A stretch of DNA of 55,286 bases, taken from Myxococcota bacterium (lineage in GTDB: Bacteria; Myxococcota; JACRCW01). The notes beneath the pieces are model-generated. The model had not been told where the DNA came from and ran no database searches. It saw only the letters and a list, made by a program, of their open reading frames with translations. The stretch lies in assembly GCA_040752415.1 (NCBI GenBank), contig JBFMGU010000036.1:1-55286 (forward strand), in the 5' to 3' direction. A program made the translations under genes and the position numbers. Positions 37,961 through 47,683 of this stretch are shown piece after piece (within the stretch, counting starts at the first letter, position 1; every line of letters begins with the position of its first letter).

Positions 37961-38983
37961 ATGACCGAGTCCTCCCATCTCCTCAAGCAGCTTCACAAAC
38001 GTGGTGAGAAGAGCCCCACCGCCGCCCTGGCGCAGGTGGTGGTGCAGCAGGTGCTGGACCGCAAGCTCAATGTCCTCCTGGACGCCCGACGCATCCAGGG
38101 CTGGGTCCTCACCGCGCTGAAGGACTGGGACGACGCGCGCCTCGCCACGACGCTGGCCGCCGAGTTTGCACGCCTGACCGCCACCTACGGCGCGCTCTCT
38201 GGCGCCACCTCGCGCCACCTGCCCGCCGCCATCCCGCATGCGCTGGCCGAGCAGCTGCGCAAGCCGTTGCCGTTGGACCCGGTGCTGCTCACCGCGCTGC
38301 TGGATCAACCGGTGGTGCGCTCGCTGGTGCGCGACGTGTTGCAGACCACGCTGGTGAACTTCGTGAAGAAGGCGAGCACGCCGCTCTCCGAGCACCGCCT
38401 GTTCAGCGGGGTGGTCGACAAGGCCAAGGGGTGGACGCGCGGCGTGGGCGGTGGGGTGTTGGCGGCGGTGTCGTCGGGGCTGGAGGCGGAGGCGGAGCGG
38501 CGCATCAAGGACTTCGTCGACGACGCGGTGAGTGCCGCGCTGCAACAGGCCGTGGCCCACCTCTGTGACCCGCGCCTGCGCGACGCGTACGGCGCCATGC
38601 GCGTGGGCGTGATGGAGAGTGCGTTGGCGCTGACGCCGGGCGCGTGGATGGCGCAGCTCCGGGACGCCGACCCCGTGGAGCGCGGTCTGGCGTTGGTGTT
38701 TGCGTTCCGCACGCTGGCCGGCACTGACGAGTTCCACGCGTGGGTGGTGCAGCAGATTGAGCGCGTGGTGGGGCCGCGGTTGGAGCACTCGCTGGGCTCG
38801 GTGCTCGAGGAGCTGGGACTGTTGTCGGCGGCGCGCGCGGTGGCGGTGGAGGTCGCGCAGTACGAGCTGGAGCTGCTTTTCTCGTCGGACGCGTTCAAGA
38901 CGTGGCTGGAGGAGACGCTGGGTGAGGGCGAGGAGCCGAAGGCAAAGCCCGCGCGAAAGAAGACGAAGCCCAGCCGTTCCTGA
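37961..38983 (+). CDS. Hypothetical all-helical protein
   Basis: ATG at 37961; GC3-rich codon usage; no recognised motif. Confidence 0.7.
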   Translation: MTESSHLLKQLHKRGEKSPTAALAQVVVQQVLDRKLNVLLDARRIQGWVLTALKDWDDARLATTLAAEFARLTATYGALSGATSRHLPAAIPHALAEQLRKPLPLDPVLLTALLDQPVVRSLVRDVLQTTLVNFVKKASTPLSEHRLFSGVVDKAKGWTRGVGGGVLAAVSSGLEAEAERRIKDFVDDAVSAALQQAVAHLCDPRLRDAYGAMRVGVMESALALTPGAWMAQLRDADPVERGLALVFAFRTLAGTDEFHAWVVQQIERVVGPRLEHSLGSVLEELGLLSAARAVAVEVAQYELELLFSSDAFKTWLEETLGEGEEPKAKPARKKTKPSRS

Positions 38984-39045
38984 CCGGATCCTTGACCGTC
39001 CGCATGCGGCGTGGGTTGATCCTTCCCTCGGGAGGGAGGTGCCCC

Positions 39046-40167
39046 ATGCGCGCGTTGCTCGGAATGTTGGCGGTGATGGTGTTGGCCGGTTGTGGCTCGG
39101 GATTCTGCCTCAGCTACACGGATTGCACGGGGGAGGGGATGATCTGCGGCGGTGACTTCCGCTGCCAGCTGGACCCGGACTTCCACCCCTGCAAGAGCGA
39201 CGGCTACGGCGACCTGGAAGGCAAGGTGTGCGCGCCCAACCGCGCCACGCCCATCCCCGACGCGGTGGTCTCCATCGACACGGACGAAGGAACCTTCACC
39301 GCGCGCACCGATGCGAAGGGGCAGTTCACGCTGATCAGTGTGCCGGCGGGCAAACACACCGTGCGGTACACGGCGGGGAAGTTCGCCGGTGAGAAGGAGG
39401 AGGTGGAGATTTGCGCCGACGACACGCGCATCATCGGCCAGGCGCCGGGCAGCACGGTGGCGCCCACGTTGCGGGCCTCGTGTCTGCCGGTGAATGACGA
39501 CCAGGACCTCGGCGTCGTGACCGGCTCCTACGACCAGATCCAGGAGGTGCTGAATCGGCTGGGCTTCCGCAACCTGGCGCTGGTGACCGGTGAGGACGGG
39601 AGCTGGAAGAACTCGTTGTTGCAGGACTTCGCGGAGCTCTCCAAGCACGACGTGGTGTTCATCAACTGCGGCGTGGGTGACGCCTTCTTCGCCGACGCGG
39701 CGGAGAGTCAGGTTGCCGTCCAGAACCTGCGGCAGTTCGTGGCGGGGGGCGGGAGCGTGTACGCGTCGGACTGGGCGTACACGGTGGTGGAGGCCACCTG
39801 GCCCGAGGCCATTGACTACTACGGAGACGACGCGGTGTTTGGCGCGGCGCGTGGTGCCGCCGCGGCGGAGGATGTCACCGCGGTGGTGGCGGAGCCCGCG
39901 CTACGTGATGCGTTGGGCACGAGCCAGATGAAGGTGAACTTCAACCTGGGTGCGTGGGTGGCCATGGTGGACGCGGCCCCCTCGACGAAGGTCTACGTGC
40001 GCGGCCCGGCCACCGTGGGCAGTGAGCAGCTGACGAACATTCCCTACGTGGCGGGATTCAAGCCGGTGGGCGGCGGCGGCAACGTCATCTACACGTCATT
40101 CCACCAGGAAGCGCAGACCACGCGGCACATGGACATGATCCTGGAGCTGCTGGTGTTCCAGCTGTGA
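39046..40167 (+). CDS. Lipoprotein with carboxypeptidase-regulatory-like domain and C-terminal alpha/beta domain
   Basis: GGAGG RBS; lipobox LAGC; G.V.APN...PIPDA.V...TDAKGQFTL..VPAG; VVFINCG, GGSVYASDWAY. Confidence 0.85.
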   Translation: MRALLGMLAVMVLAGCGSGFCLSYTDCTGEGMICGGDFRCQLDPDFHPCKSDGYGDLEGKVCAPNRATPIPDAVVSIDTDEGTFTARTDAKGQFTLISVPAGKHTVRYTAGKFAGEKEEVEICADDTRIIGQAPGSTVAPTLRASCLPVNDDQDLGVVTGSYDQIQEVLNRLGFRNLALVTGEDGSWKNSLLQDFAELSKHDVVFINCGVGDAFFADAAESQVAVQNLRQFVAGGGSVYASDWAYTVVEATWPEAIDYYGDDAVFGAARGAAAAEDVTAVVAEPALRDALGTSQMKVNFNLGAWVAMVDAAPSTKVYVRGPATVGSEQLTNIPYVAGFKPVGGGGNVIYTSFHQEAQTTRHMDMILELLVFQL

Positions 40168-40169
40168 CC

Positions 40170-40206
40170 CGACGGGAAGTGAGCCAACTCCGCCCACTTC
40201 CCGTCG
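40170..40206. terminator. Hairpin between convergent genes (putative bidirectional terminator)
   Basis: 12-bp perfect stem CGACGGGAAGTG/CACTTCCCGTCG with 13-nt loop; no U-tract. Confidence 0.55.
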
Positions 40207-40216
40207 AGCCCACGTG

Positions 40217-43200
40217 TCACGGGCAGGCGGGGTCCACGTCGATGGTGGTGACCGGCGCCGGGTCCAGATAGTCCTCCGCGGAGCGCGGCGGGTTGTTCTG
40301 GAAGCGGGTGTACTCAGCGTTGACGGTGGCGATGTGCTCCACCACTCCAGGCCTGCCCGCCACCAGGCCTGCAAAGCCAGGCTGATAACCGTGGATGTAG
40401 TTCACGGATGCACTGCAGTCCGTTGGACCGCTGATATCCCAGCTGGTGCCCGTGGAGGTGCCGCCGAAGTAGAGTTGGATGCCGTTGTTGTTGTGGATGT
40501 CGTTGGCGGTGAAGGCGTTGATGGTAGAGGGTGTAGAGAAGATGACGCCGCCCGTCTGGTCCGCCTGCCCGTTGAGATAGATTTCGTTGCCGCTGATGAT
40601 GGTGGACAGGGCGTTGTTGTTGCCGTTGCCAGTTGCGTCGGGCTCTTGGCCGATGAACACGCCGACCGAGTCATTCTCATGGATAAGACTGGATTCGAGG
40701 GAGACATGCGCCGGCCCCGTCGTGGCTCCCACCACCACACCCGCTCCGACGTTGTTGAAGACATCCAGTGACTCGAAGGTGACAGCGACGCCACCGCCAG
40801 TACCAAGTCGCGCATGCGCCACTGCGATTCCGTGATTGCCGCTCCCCGAGATCTCCGTGTTGCTCAAGGCAACAGGCGGCTGCGGCCCGACGGTGCCGTC
40901 AACGAACACGCCGACGTCGAGGTTGTTGCGGATGGCCGCATCGGTCACCGTGGTCTGACCGCCCTCCAGGTGCATACCAAATCGGCCATTGTCGCTGATG
41001 GACACGGGCGCTCCGGACGCGCCGGTCAACACCAGGGTTCCCGTGGATGCCACACGCACGCCCGCGTACGCCGTGGCGCCGCGCCCATTGGAATCGATGG
41101 TGCTCAACCCGTCGACGGTCACCGTGCCGCCGCCCACGACCAGTCCCTGCTCGACGTTGTCGTCCAGGCGCGCGTTGTGCAGGAACACCGTGGGGGCTCC
41201 ACCGGCGGCCTGGGCGGAGAAGCCCGCCGCTCCGTTGGCCTGCGAGAGGAACTCGGTGACGTCGAACGTGCCGTTACCGCGGAACACCACGCCGTTGCCG
41301 CTGTTGCCGCTGGTGGTGACCGTCCCGCTGGTCGCGGTGATGGAGCCGCCCGTGACGTCGATGCCGTTCGCCGCCGGACCACCCTGCACGCCGTTGTTGC
41401 TGATCGTGCAGTCGGTGAGCGTGACCTCGCCAGCCTCCTGGCGCAGACCCGCCCGGCCGTTCCCCATCACGCTGAGTGACGAGAGCGACACCGTGCCACC
41501 GCGCACCCGCACACCCTCGTGCACCCCGGTGGTCACGTCGGTCCCGTTGTCCAGCACCTCGCCGGTCAGTGACACGTCCGCCACGCCCGTGCCCCCCACC
41601 TCCACGCCCACCGCCTGGCCTTCCTTGACGGAGATGTTGGTGAGGGAGACGGTGGCCGTGTCGGCGGCGTCGGGGCTGATGAACAGGCCGCTGCCCGCGC
41701 TGTTCAGGATCTCCACGCCGTCACCCATCACCGCGGTCCGCTCGATCTGCACCCCCGCGCCCCCGCTCAGCTCCACGCGCACGTTGTTGAGCAGCGTCGC
41801 GTCGACGGCGGCGGTATCCACAAGCACGCCCTGGGTGGCCGCCGCGTGCACGGTGATGTTGCTGAGCGTGGCCACGCAGTCGCCGCTCACGTGGATGCCA
41901 ATGTTGTCCGGCGCAATCCCCGTCTCCGGCGCGTTGATCACCACGGTGTCCACCAGCGCGGTGCCGGTGGTGCAGTGCACGCCGGTGAAGATCTCGTCGG
42001 TGACCTGCAGCGTGAAGCTGACAAACGCGGAGCCCGCGCCCAGGGAGATCACGTCGGAGTCCGTGGCCGCCACGCTGATGACGTAGTTGGCCGGGTCACC
42101 AGGGTTCTCCAGCGTGGTCAGGGCCGTACCGTCGGGAACCACCAGCGGGAAGGTCTCCGCGGCAAACGTGACCGGTTGCGTCGTGTCCGACCGCACCGCC
42201 ACCACCGCGCCAGCAAACTGCACGTCCTGCAGGGCGCGTCCCAGCGTGGCGTAGCGGCACACCGCGGGCTCCATGGCGCCGGTGGGGAACACGCCCGCGG
42301 CGTCGTCGGAACCGTTGACCGGGTCCGCGTGGTAGTTGGGGCCCGCGTACGCCGCGCACTCGCACGCCGCAGTGCCGCTCTGCGTGCCGCACACCAGGCC
42401 GCTGTCGGAGCACACCTCGGTGGCCACCCAAGCCGGACAACCCTGCAGCTGACAGGTGAGCACGCTGCCCGTGGCCGCGTCGCACGCCGTGGCGCCCTGG
42501 GTGCTGCAGCCCTCGCCGGCGTTGGGATCCGCGTCGTCCACGGCGGGACAGGCGCACTGCGCGGTCATGTTCACGTCGTCCTGCACGCACACGTAGCCGG
42601 TGAGGCAGGCGTTGGAGTTGTTGCCCGGCACCAGGCACCCGTCGACGGGATCCACCGCGCAGGTGTTGGTGCTCGTGGCGGTCTCACAATAGGTGCCCTG
42701 CCACGGGCACTCGTTGACGCACACGCACGAGGAGACGCCGTTGTCGGTGACGCAGGCCTGGTTGGGACCGCATCCCTGCGCCACGAACTCGCGGCAGCCG
42801 GTCTGGTCGTTCAGCTGGCAGGTCTCCAGCCCGTTGACGACGTCGCAGCGGGTGTCCCCGTCGGCGCACGCATCCACGCACGCGGGTCCCGCGTCGCCAC
42901 CGCCGTCCACGCCTCCGGCATCTCCCGGCTCGCCCGCGTCGCCCAGCCCGCCGTCCGCGCCCCCGGTGCTGGAGGACGTGCTGCTGGAGGTGGACCCCGA
43001 CGACGAGGTGGCGGTCGACGACGACGATCCCGACGAGGAGGTCGATGACGATGCCGATGATGACGTGGAGGACGACGAGGAAGAGGAGGAGCTCGATGAC
43101 GACGACGAGCTGGTGCTGCTGGAGGAGACGCTCCCCGACGATGAGCTCGAGGATGATGACGAGGAAGAGCTGCTGGTGGACCCGGTCAGTGTCCCCGGCC

Positions 43201-43294
43201 CCGCGTCCTCCTCCTCACCCGGCGGAGTCCCCGTGGGACAACCCGCCAGCAACGCGCCCACCGCCACGCACCACACCATCTGCCTGGATCTCAT
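40217..43294 (-). CDS. Large lipoprotein: poly-Ser linker, Cys-rich modules, DUF1565-like domain and right-handed beta-helix
   Basis: ATG at 43294 after GAGGT; lipobox LAGC; YHADPVNGSD...YATLGRAL, ETFPLVVPDG; repeated N/G-rich beta-helix rungs. Confidence 0.88.
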   Translation of the reverse strand: MRSRQMVWCVAVGALLAGCPTGTPPGEEEDAGPGTLTGSTSSSSSSSSSSSSSGSVSSSSTSSSSSSSSSSSSSSSTSSSASSSTSSSGSSSSTATSSSGSTSSSTSSSTGGADGGLGDAGEPGDAGGVDGGGDAGPACVDACADGDTRCDVVNGLETCQLNDQTGCREFVAQGCGPNQACVTDNGVSSCVCVNECPWQGTYCETATSTNTCAVDPVDGCLVPGNNSNACLTGYVCVQDDVNMTAQCACPAVDDADPNAGEGCSTQGATACDAATGSVLTCQLQGCPAWVATEVCSDSGLVCGTQSGTAACECAAYAGPNYHADPVNGSDDAAGVFPTGAMEPAVCRYATLGRALQDVQFAGAVVAVRSDTTQPVTFAAETFPLVVPDGTALTTLENPGDPANYVISVAATDSDVISLGAGSAFVSFTLQVTDEIFTGVHCTTGTALVDTVVINAPETGIAPDNIGIHVSGDCVATLSNITVHAAATQGVLVDTAAVDATLLNNVRVELSGGAGVQIERTAVMGDGVEILNSAGSGLFISPDAADTATVSLTNISVKEGQAVGVEVGGTGVADVSLTGEVLDNGTDVTTGVHEGVRVRGGTVSLSSLSVMGNGRAGLRQEAGEVTLTDCTISNNGVQGGPAANGIDVTGGSITATSGTVTTSGNSGNGVVFRGNGTFDVTEFLSQANGAAGFSAQAAGGAPTVFLHNARLDDNVEQGLVVGGGTVTVDGLSTIDSNGRGATAYAGVRVASTGTLVLTGASGAPVSISDNGRFGMHLEGGQTTVTDAAIRNNLDVGVFVDGTVGPQPPVALSNTEISGSGNHGIAVAHARLGTGGGVAVTFESLDVFNNVGAGVVVGATTGPAHVSLESSLIHENDSVGVFIGQEPDATGNGNNNALSTIISGNEIYLNGQADQTGGVIFSTPSTINAFTANDIHNNNGIQLYFGGTSTGTSWDISGPTDCSASVNYIHGYQPGFAGLVAGRPGVVEHIATVNAEYTRFQNNPPRSAEDYLDPAPVTTIDVDPACP

Positions 43295-43525
43295 GTCACG
43301 CACCTCATGGATCGTCGCGACGCACCCTCCGCCACCACGGCGTGGGTCACCGCCCCGGTCTGCGCCAGAGGCTAGCAGCGCCAAGAGGGGCCACAAGCGC
43401 GTTTTCTCGACGCCACCGAGCGGTAGGGAGGCGCGACAGGTGCACATGCGGTGGTGGCCAAGCGGGCGGTGGCGGGAGGAGATGGGGAGATTGACAGGCC
43501 GCGTGCGCAAGGGTGGGATGTGGGC

Positions 43526-44788
43526 ATGACCAGCATCCGCAACGGAACCGCTCCGGCGTGGGGCACACGCTCCCAGATTGGCGCCACCCTCCAGGACCTC
43601 AAGGATGTGCGGGGCAACCGCGACGGCATCTGGGGCAATGAGAGCAAGCCCGCCGGCACCGTGGGCGACGTGCTGGACCGCAACCCCGTCACCGCCAAGC
43701 TCTCGGAGTTCGTGGGGGTGGGGCTGTCCACGCAGGATGAGGTGCGCGAGCTGCAGCGCTTCCGCGCCCAGCAGGAGGCCAGCTGGGGCCAGCCGGTGAC
43801 CAACCTGGACCTCTCCGAGCTCAAGGGCGGCGAGCTCTTTGCCGCGCAGAAGGCCATTGCGCTGACCCGCCTGGGGCGCACGCCCTCCGACGTGGTGGAT
43901 GGCTTCGTGAAGGCGCGCGGCACCGTGGACGGGCAGCACATTGCCGACCGCGACGTGTTCTTCCAGCGCTTCAAGCCGGTGGGCACGCCCAATGGCAAGA
44001 TGGTGGTCATCTCGCCGGGGTTCCAGGAGACCGGTCGCAACTTCCACGAGCAGATCGACCTGCTGAACCGGCGTGGCTACGACGTGGTGGTGATGGATCA
44101 CCAGTGGGCGGGCCAGACCCGGGGTGGCAAGGCCGGCGGGCTGGACAGCGCGCAGGGCGTGGCGCGCGACGTGGCCGCGGTGACCGCGCATGCCGCGCAG
44201 CTGCTGGAGAAGGAGTACGGCGCGCACGCGGGCAAAGAGCTCATCCTCATGGGCAACAGCATGGGGGCCGGCCCGGGCGTGCTGGGAGCGCTGACCTGGA
44301 ATGAGAACGGGCAGATCAAGCTCGACGGTCCGCAGATGCCGCGCAACATCCGCTGGCGCGCGCAGGCTCCGTTCCTGGGCGCCACGCCCGGCGTCATCAA
44401 CGACGTGCTGGCCACCGCCAGCCGCATCCCCATGCTCAACAAGCTTGCCGCGCCCTCCGCGGGCGTGCCCGTCCTCACCCACGACCCCGCCGCCGCGCAG
44501 AAGGTGGCGCAGGGCGCCGTGGCCGAGGACGTGCGCGCGCAGCTGCAGGCCATGACCGCCGCGTTGCCAGGGCTGGAGCGCATCCTGGACCTCATCAAGA
44601 ACGGCAAGGGCCCCGCCGGGGAGGGCTTCATGGTCCACGGCGACAAGGACCCGCTGGCCGATCCCGACGGGAGTCGTCGCGTGGCGGACTGGCTGGGCCC
44701 CCGCGCCACGCTCAAGGTCATCCGGAGCAACAATCACGTGTTGGAGCAGAGCGCTTCCGAGCAGCAGCACATCCTGCAGGGCCTCTGA
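43526..44788 (+). CDS. Alpha/beta hydrolase (lysophospholipase/monoglyceride lipase-like) with N-terminal extension
   Basis: ISPGFQE, MDHQWAGQT, nucleophile GNSMG, HGDKD, NNHV. Confidence 0.85.
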   Translation: MTSIRNGTAPAWGTRSQIGATLQDLKDVRGNRDGIWGNESKPAGTVGDVLDRNPVTAKLSEFVGVGLSTQDEVRELQRFRAQQEASWGQPVTNLDLSELKGGELFAAQKAIALTRLGRTPSDVVDGFVKARGTVDGQHIADRDVFFQRFKPVGTPNGKMVVISPGFQETGRNFHEQIDLLNRRGYDVVVMDHQWAGQTRGGKAGGLDSAQGVARDVAAVTAHAAQLLEKEYGAHAGKELILMGNSMGAGPGVLGALTWNENGQIKLDGPQMPRNIRWRAQAPFLGATPGVINDVLATASRIPMLNKLAAPSAGVPVLTHDPAAAQKVAQGAVAEDVRAQLQAMTAALPGLERILDLIKNGKGPAGEGFMVHGDKDPLADPDGSRRVADWLGPRATLKVIRSNNHVLEQSASEQQHILQGL

Positions 44789-44845
44789 GCCACCGCTTGA
44801 CCCCCGCTCCCTCCGACGGCAAGGACGCGCCGCAGGAGGTCGCAC

Positions 44846-45538
44846 ATGACGACAATCAAGGATCGACTGGGGCTGCGTCGCGCACCGGTGGCGGTGGCGT
44901 TCCTGGACGCGCCGCCGGTGGGCATGAAGCGGTGGGACGGCGGTGCCGTGCCCGCCGGTTGCACGTTCTGGCAGAAGGCCATGCAGGGCGCGTCGTTCTA
45001 CACGCTGCCGGAAGACCACCTGGGTTGCGCGGTGGGCTGTCACACGCACCACATCCCGCTGCCGCCGGAGCGCGCGCATGAGCTGCAGGACACCGTGGGC
45101 TTCATGGTGAAGAGCGGCTACCTGCGCATGGAGGAGGTGCCGGGCATTCCCACGCTGCGGCAGGCGCCCGGGGTGGTGGCCTACGCGCCCGTCGAGGGAG
45201 CGCCGTTCGTCCCTGACGTGGTGCTGCTGGCGGCGCAACCCGCGCAGGCCATGCTGGTCTACGAGGCCGCGCTGCGCGCCGGTGCCGGCCAGGCGCTCAC
45301 CCCGGTGCTGGGACGGCCGGGCTGCGCGGTGCTGCCCTTGACGCTGCAGGGCGGGACGTCGTCGCTCTCGTTCGGGTGCAAGGGCAACCGCGTGTTCACC
45401 GGCACGCCGGACGACGAGATGTACGTGGCGGTCCCGGGCGCGCGCTGGGCCGCGGTGGCCCTGGCCCTCGACGAGATCCTGCGCGCCAACGCAACCATGG
45501 AGCAGCACTACCGCGGCAAGCTGGCGCTGCATCCGTGA
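44846..45538 (+). CDS. DUF169-family protein
   Basis: AGGAGG RBS; LGL...PVAV, CTFW, CAVG, PDVVLL...PAQAM, SFGCKGNR. Confidence 0.85.
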   Translation: MTTIKDRLGLRRAPVAVAFLDAPPVGMKRWDGGAVPAGCTFWQKAMQGASFYTLPEDHLGCAVGCHTHHIPLPPERAHELQDTVGFMVKSGYLRMEEVPGIPTLRQAPGVVAYAPVEGAPFVPDVVLLAAQPAQAMLVYEAALRAGAGQALTPVLGRPGCAVLPLTLQGGTSSLSFGCKGNRVFTGTPDDEMYVAVPGARWAAVALALDEILRANATMEQHYRGKLALHP

Positions 45539-45655
45539 CATGTGCGCCGTGATGTCCTGCGCGCCCGTGCCCGGGAAATAATCCTCCACCACCCTGGGTT
45601 GGTGCTGACCGTTCCGCGCCCTGCTCCGACGGGGCCGGGCCTACGGAGCACCAAC

Positions 45656-46237
45656 ATGGCGGTTCGCGGACGGGGCCCACGCCCCACGAACTCACAGGCG
45701 GAAGGCCGGCCCATGTTCCGCGCGGGCGGCTGGGACCCGCTGAGGCCGGGACCCGAGTGGGATGAGCCGGAGCGTGGGCTGCCCTACGGCGGTGACCCCG
45801 GCTGGCAGGGCTATGAACGCACGTTCGGCCAGGCGTACGGTGAACCCGGCTACGGCACCTACGAGCGTGAGCTGCGCGAGCGGTACTTCCGTCAGGCCGG
45901 CGAGGGCCTGCGTCCGCGGGGCGGATTCGCGGGCGTGGGACCGGTGGGCTACCGGCGCCCGGACCAGCGCATCTACGAGGACGTCTGCGACGCGCTCACC
46001 GACCACCACGAGCTGGACGCCAGCGACATCGAGGTCACCGTGGTCAACGGGGAGGTGACCTTGCGCGGGACGGTGTCCAGCCGGGGGGGCAAGCGCCTGG
46101 CGGAGGACCTCTCCGCGCAGGTGCGCGGCGTGCGTGAGGTGCACAACCAGCTCCGCCTGCCGCCCGAGCCGGCGCGCGTGCCAACCGCACCCTCGCCGCG
46201 GCCCAACGGTCACCCCGGCAACGAGCTGCCGCACTGA
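45656..46237 (+). CDS. BON-domain protein
   Basis: ATG at 45656 after GGAG; GPVGYRRPDQRIYEDVCD.L, DASDIEVTV.NGEVTL.GTV, GVREVHNQL. Confidence 0.9.
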   Translation: MAVRGRGPRPTNSQAEGRPMFRAGGWDPLRPGPEWDEPERGLPYGGDPGWQGYERTFGQAYGEPGYGTYERELRERYFRQAGEGLRPRGGFAGVGPVGYRRPDQRIYEDVCDALTDHHELDASDIEVTVVNGEVTLRGTVSSRGGKRLAEDLSAQVRGVREVHNQLRLPPEPARVPTAPSPRPNGHPGNELPH

Positions 46238-46369
46238 GCCACCCGCACGAGGCATCCGCGCCCCGCACGTCGTGGGGCAGGCCCGCCCCGGACATCGACG
46301 GAACAGCGTGCAGCTGCGCGGAAACACGGGTCTTGTGGAGTGGCCTGTGATGTGCAGCTCCACGCGGGC

Positions 46370-47422
46370 ATGAGCCACAGCCCCGAGACACCCCTGCGAC
46401 ATGAGGACATCCTGCGCGTGCACCACGGCCAGCTGCCGGACGGTGCGCCGCGGTGGGCGCCCAGCGCGGACTTCCATGCCTGTCGCGCGCAGGCCGCGGA
46501 GGGCGGTGCCAGCGTCGTCAACGCGGTGCGCACCAGCTCCTCTCCCCGGCTGCCCGCGGTGGACGTGACGCCGTGGCAGGAGCAGCCCGCGCCCGCCGCG
46601 GACCGACTGCTGCGCGAGGTCTCCCTCACCAGCATGACGCAGCTGCGCGGCGCCGCCGAGGCGCTGGTCCGCCTTCCCCCCGACGAGCGCGTGCGCCAGC
46701 TGGTGCAGCGGGTGTGCGCGGGTGGTGCTGCCGCCACCGCGGCGGTGGAGCTCTTGCGGCTGCGTCCGGGATTGGCGGTGGCGGAGGCGCTGCGCGTGTT
46801 TCCCGGCCCGCTGCGGGAGCGGATCTTCGACGAGGCACCCGCGGAGCTGTCCCTGGAGGAGCTGTGTCCGCTGACCCGGTTGCTGCTGCGGCTGGGACCA
46901 CGGGCCTGCGCGCTGGCGTCGGCGCACGGGGGGCGCAGCGGGGCGCCGGCCACGCGCTACGTGGCGGTGCTCCTGGCGGGTGGGACGGCGGTGTTTGCTT
47001 CCGCCAACATCGTGGCGCAGTGCCTGGGTGACGACGAGGCGCGGGTGGCCTACCTGGCCGCGGTGACGTTGCGCCGGATGCGGGAGTGCCCTGATGACCG
47101 GGCTCGCGGCGTGCGCGCGCTGGTGAGCACACTCCGGAACGCGCTGGAGCACGGCACCGACCTGCAACGGCTGGCCGTGGTGCGCGCCGCCACCTTCCTC
47201 CCCGACGCCGCGCTGTGGCCCGGCCTGGTGGCCCTGGTGGGTCGTGGTGAGGAGCCGGTGGCCTCGTTGGCGCTGGCCGCGCTGCGCCACGCCACCGGGC
47301 AGGACCACGGAACGCAGGCGGGACGCTGGCAGCATTGGCTCAAGCAAGGCGCGCCCGCCAACGTGGTGAGCCCCTGGCGCTCCGCGCTGCGCTGGTTGCG
47401 GACCGGTTCGGCGGCGGCCTGA
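46370..47422 (+). CDS. HEAT-repeat-like hypothetical protein
   Basis: Ala/Leu-rich helices; C-terminal ALAALRHATGQDHG...W..W pattern typical of HEAT-repeat protein ends. Confidence 0.6.
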   Translation: MSHSPETPLRHEDILRVHHGQLPDGAPRWAPSADFHACRAQAAEGGASVVNAVRTSSSPRLPAVDVTPWQEQPAPAADRLLREVSLTSMTQLRGAAEALVRLPPDERVRQLVQRVCAGGAAATAAVELLRLRPGLAVAEALRVFPGPLRERIFDEAPAELSLEELCPLTRLLLRLGPRACALASAHGGRSGAPATRYVAVLLAGGTAVFASANIVAQCLGDDEARVAYLAAVTLRRMRECPDDRARGVRALVSTLRNALEHGTDLQRLAVVRAATFLPDAALWPGLVALVGRGEEPVASLALAALRHATGQDHGTQAGRWQHWLKQGAPANVVSPWRSALRWLRTGSAAA

Positions 47423-47434
47423 CAGTGAGCCAGA

Positions 47435-47652
47435 ACCGCCGCGGCACCGGGTCGGGAATGGGCGTGAGCACGCCACGACCTGGAGTGCGGCGGGCCCTCG
47501 CCGCCCTGGCCAGCGCCGCGCGTGTCCTCCGTGGGCCGAACGTCCCCGGGGCTTATCGACGCTGGGCGCCACGGCCGCGTCTCGCGGATGGTGGACCCTT
47601 GGCGGTCCAGGTCGTGCTCCGCGCACAGCATGGGAACCCGGTGCGCGGCGGT
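47435..47652. repeat. Long degenerate palindrome (about 220 nt) between convergent genes
   Basis: 47435-47452 pairs with 47636-47652 (one bulge); CACGACCTGGA 47474-47484 pairs perfectly with 47606-47616; further imperfect inner pairing. Confidence 0.6.
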
Positions 47653-47683
47653 CTCGTCTCTCGTCGGAAAACTGCGGGAACGC

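Noticed and set aside
42693..43529. Poly-Asp/Glu ORF on the plus strand
   Set aside because: Antisense reading of the poly-Ser linker codons
40217..45592. 1791-aa minus-strand ORF taken as one giant gene
   Set aside because: The 5' part is antisense to the hydrolase and DUF169 genes; the credible start with RBS and lipobox is at 43294
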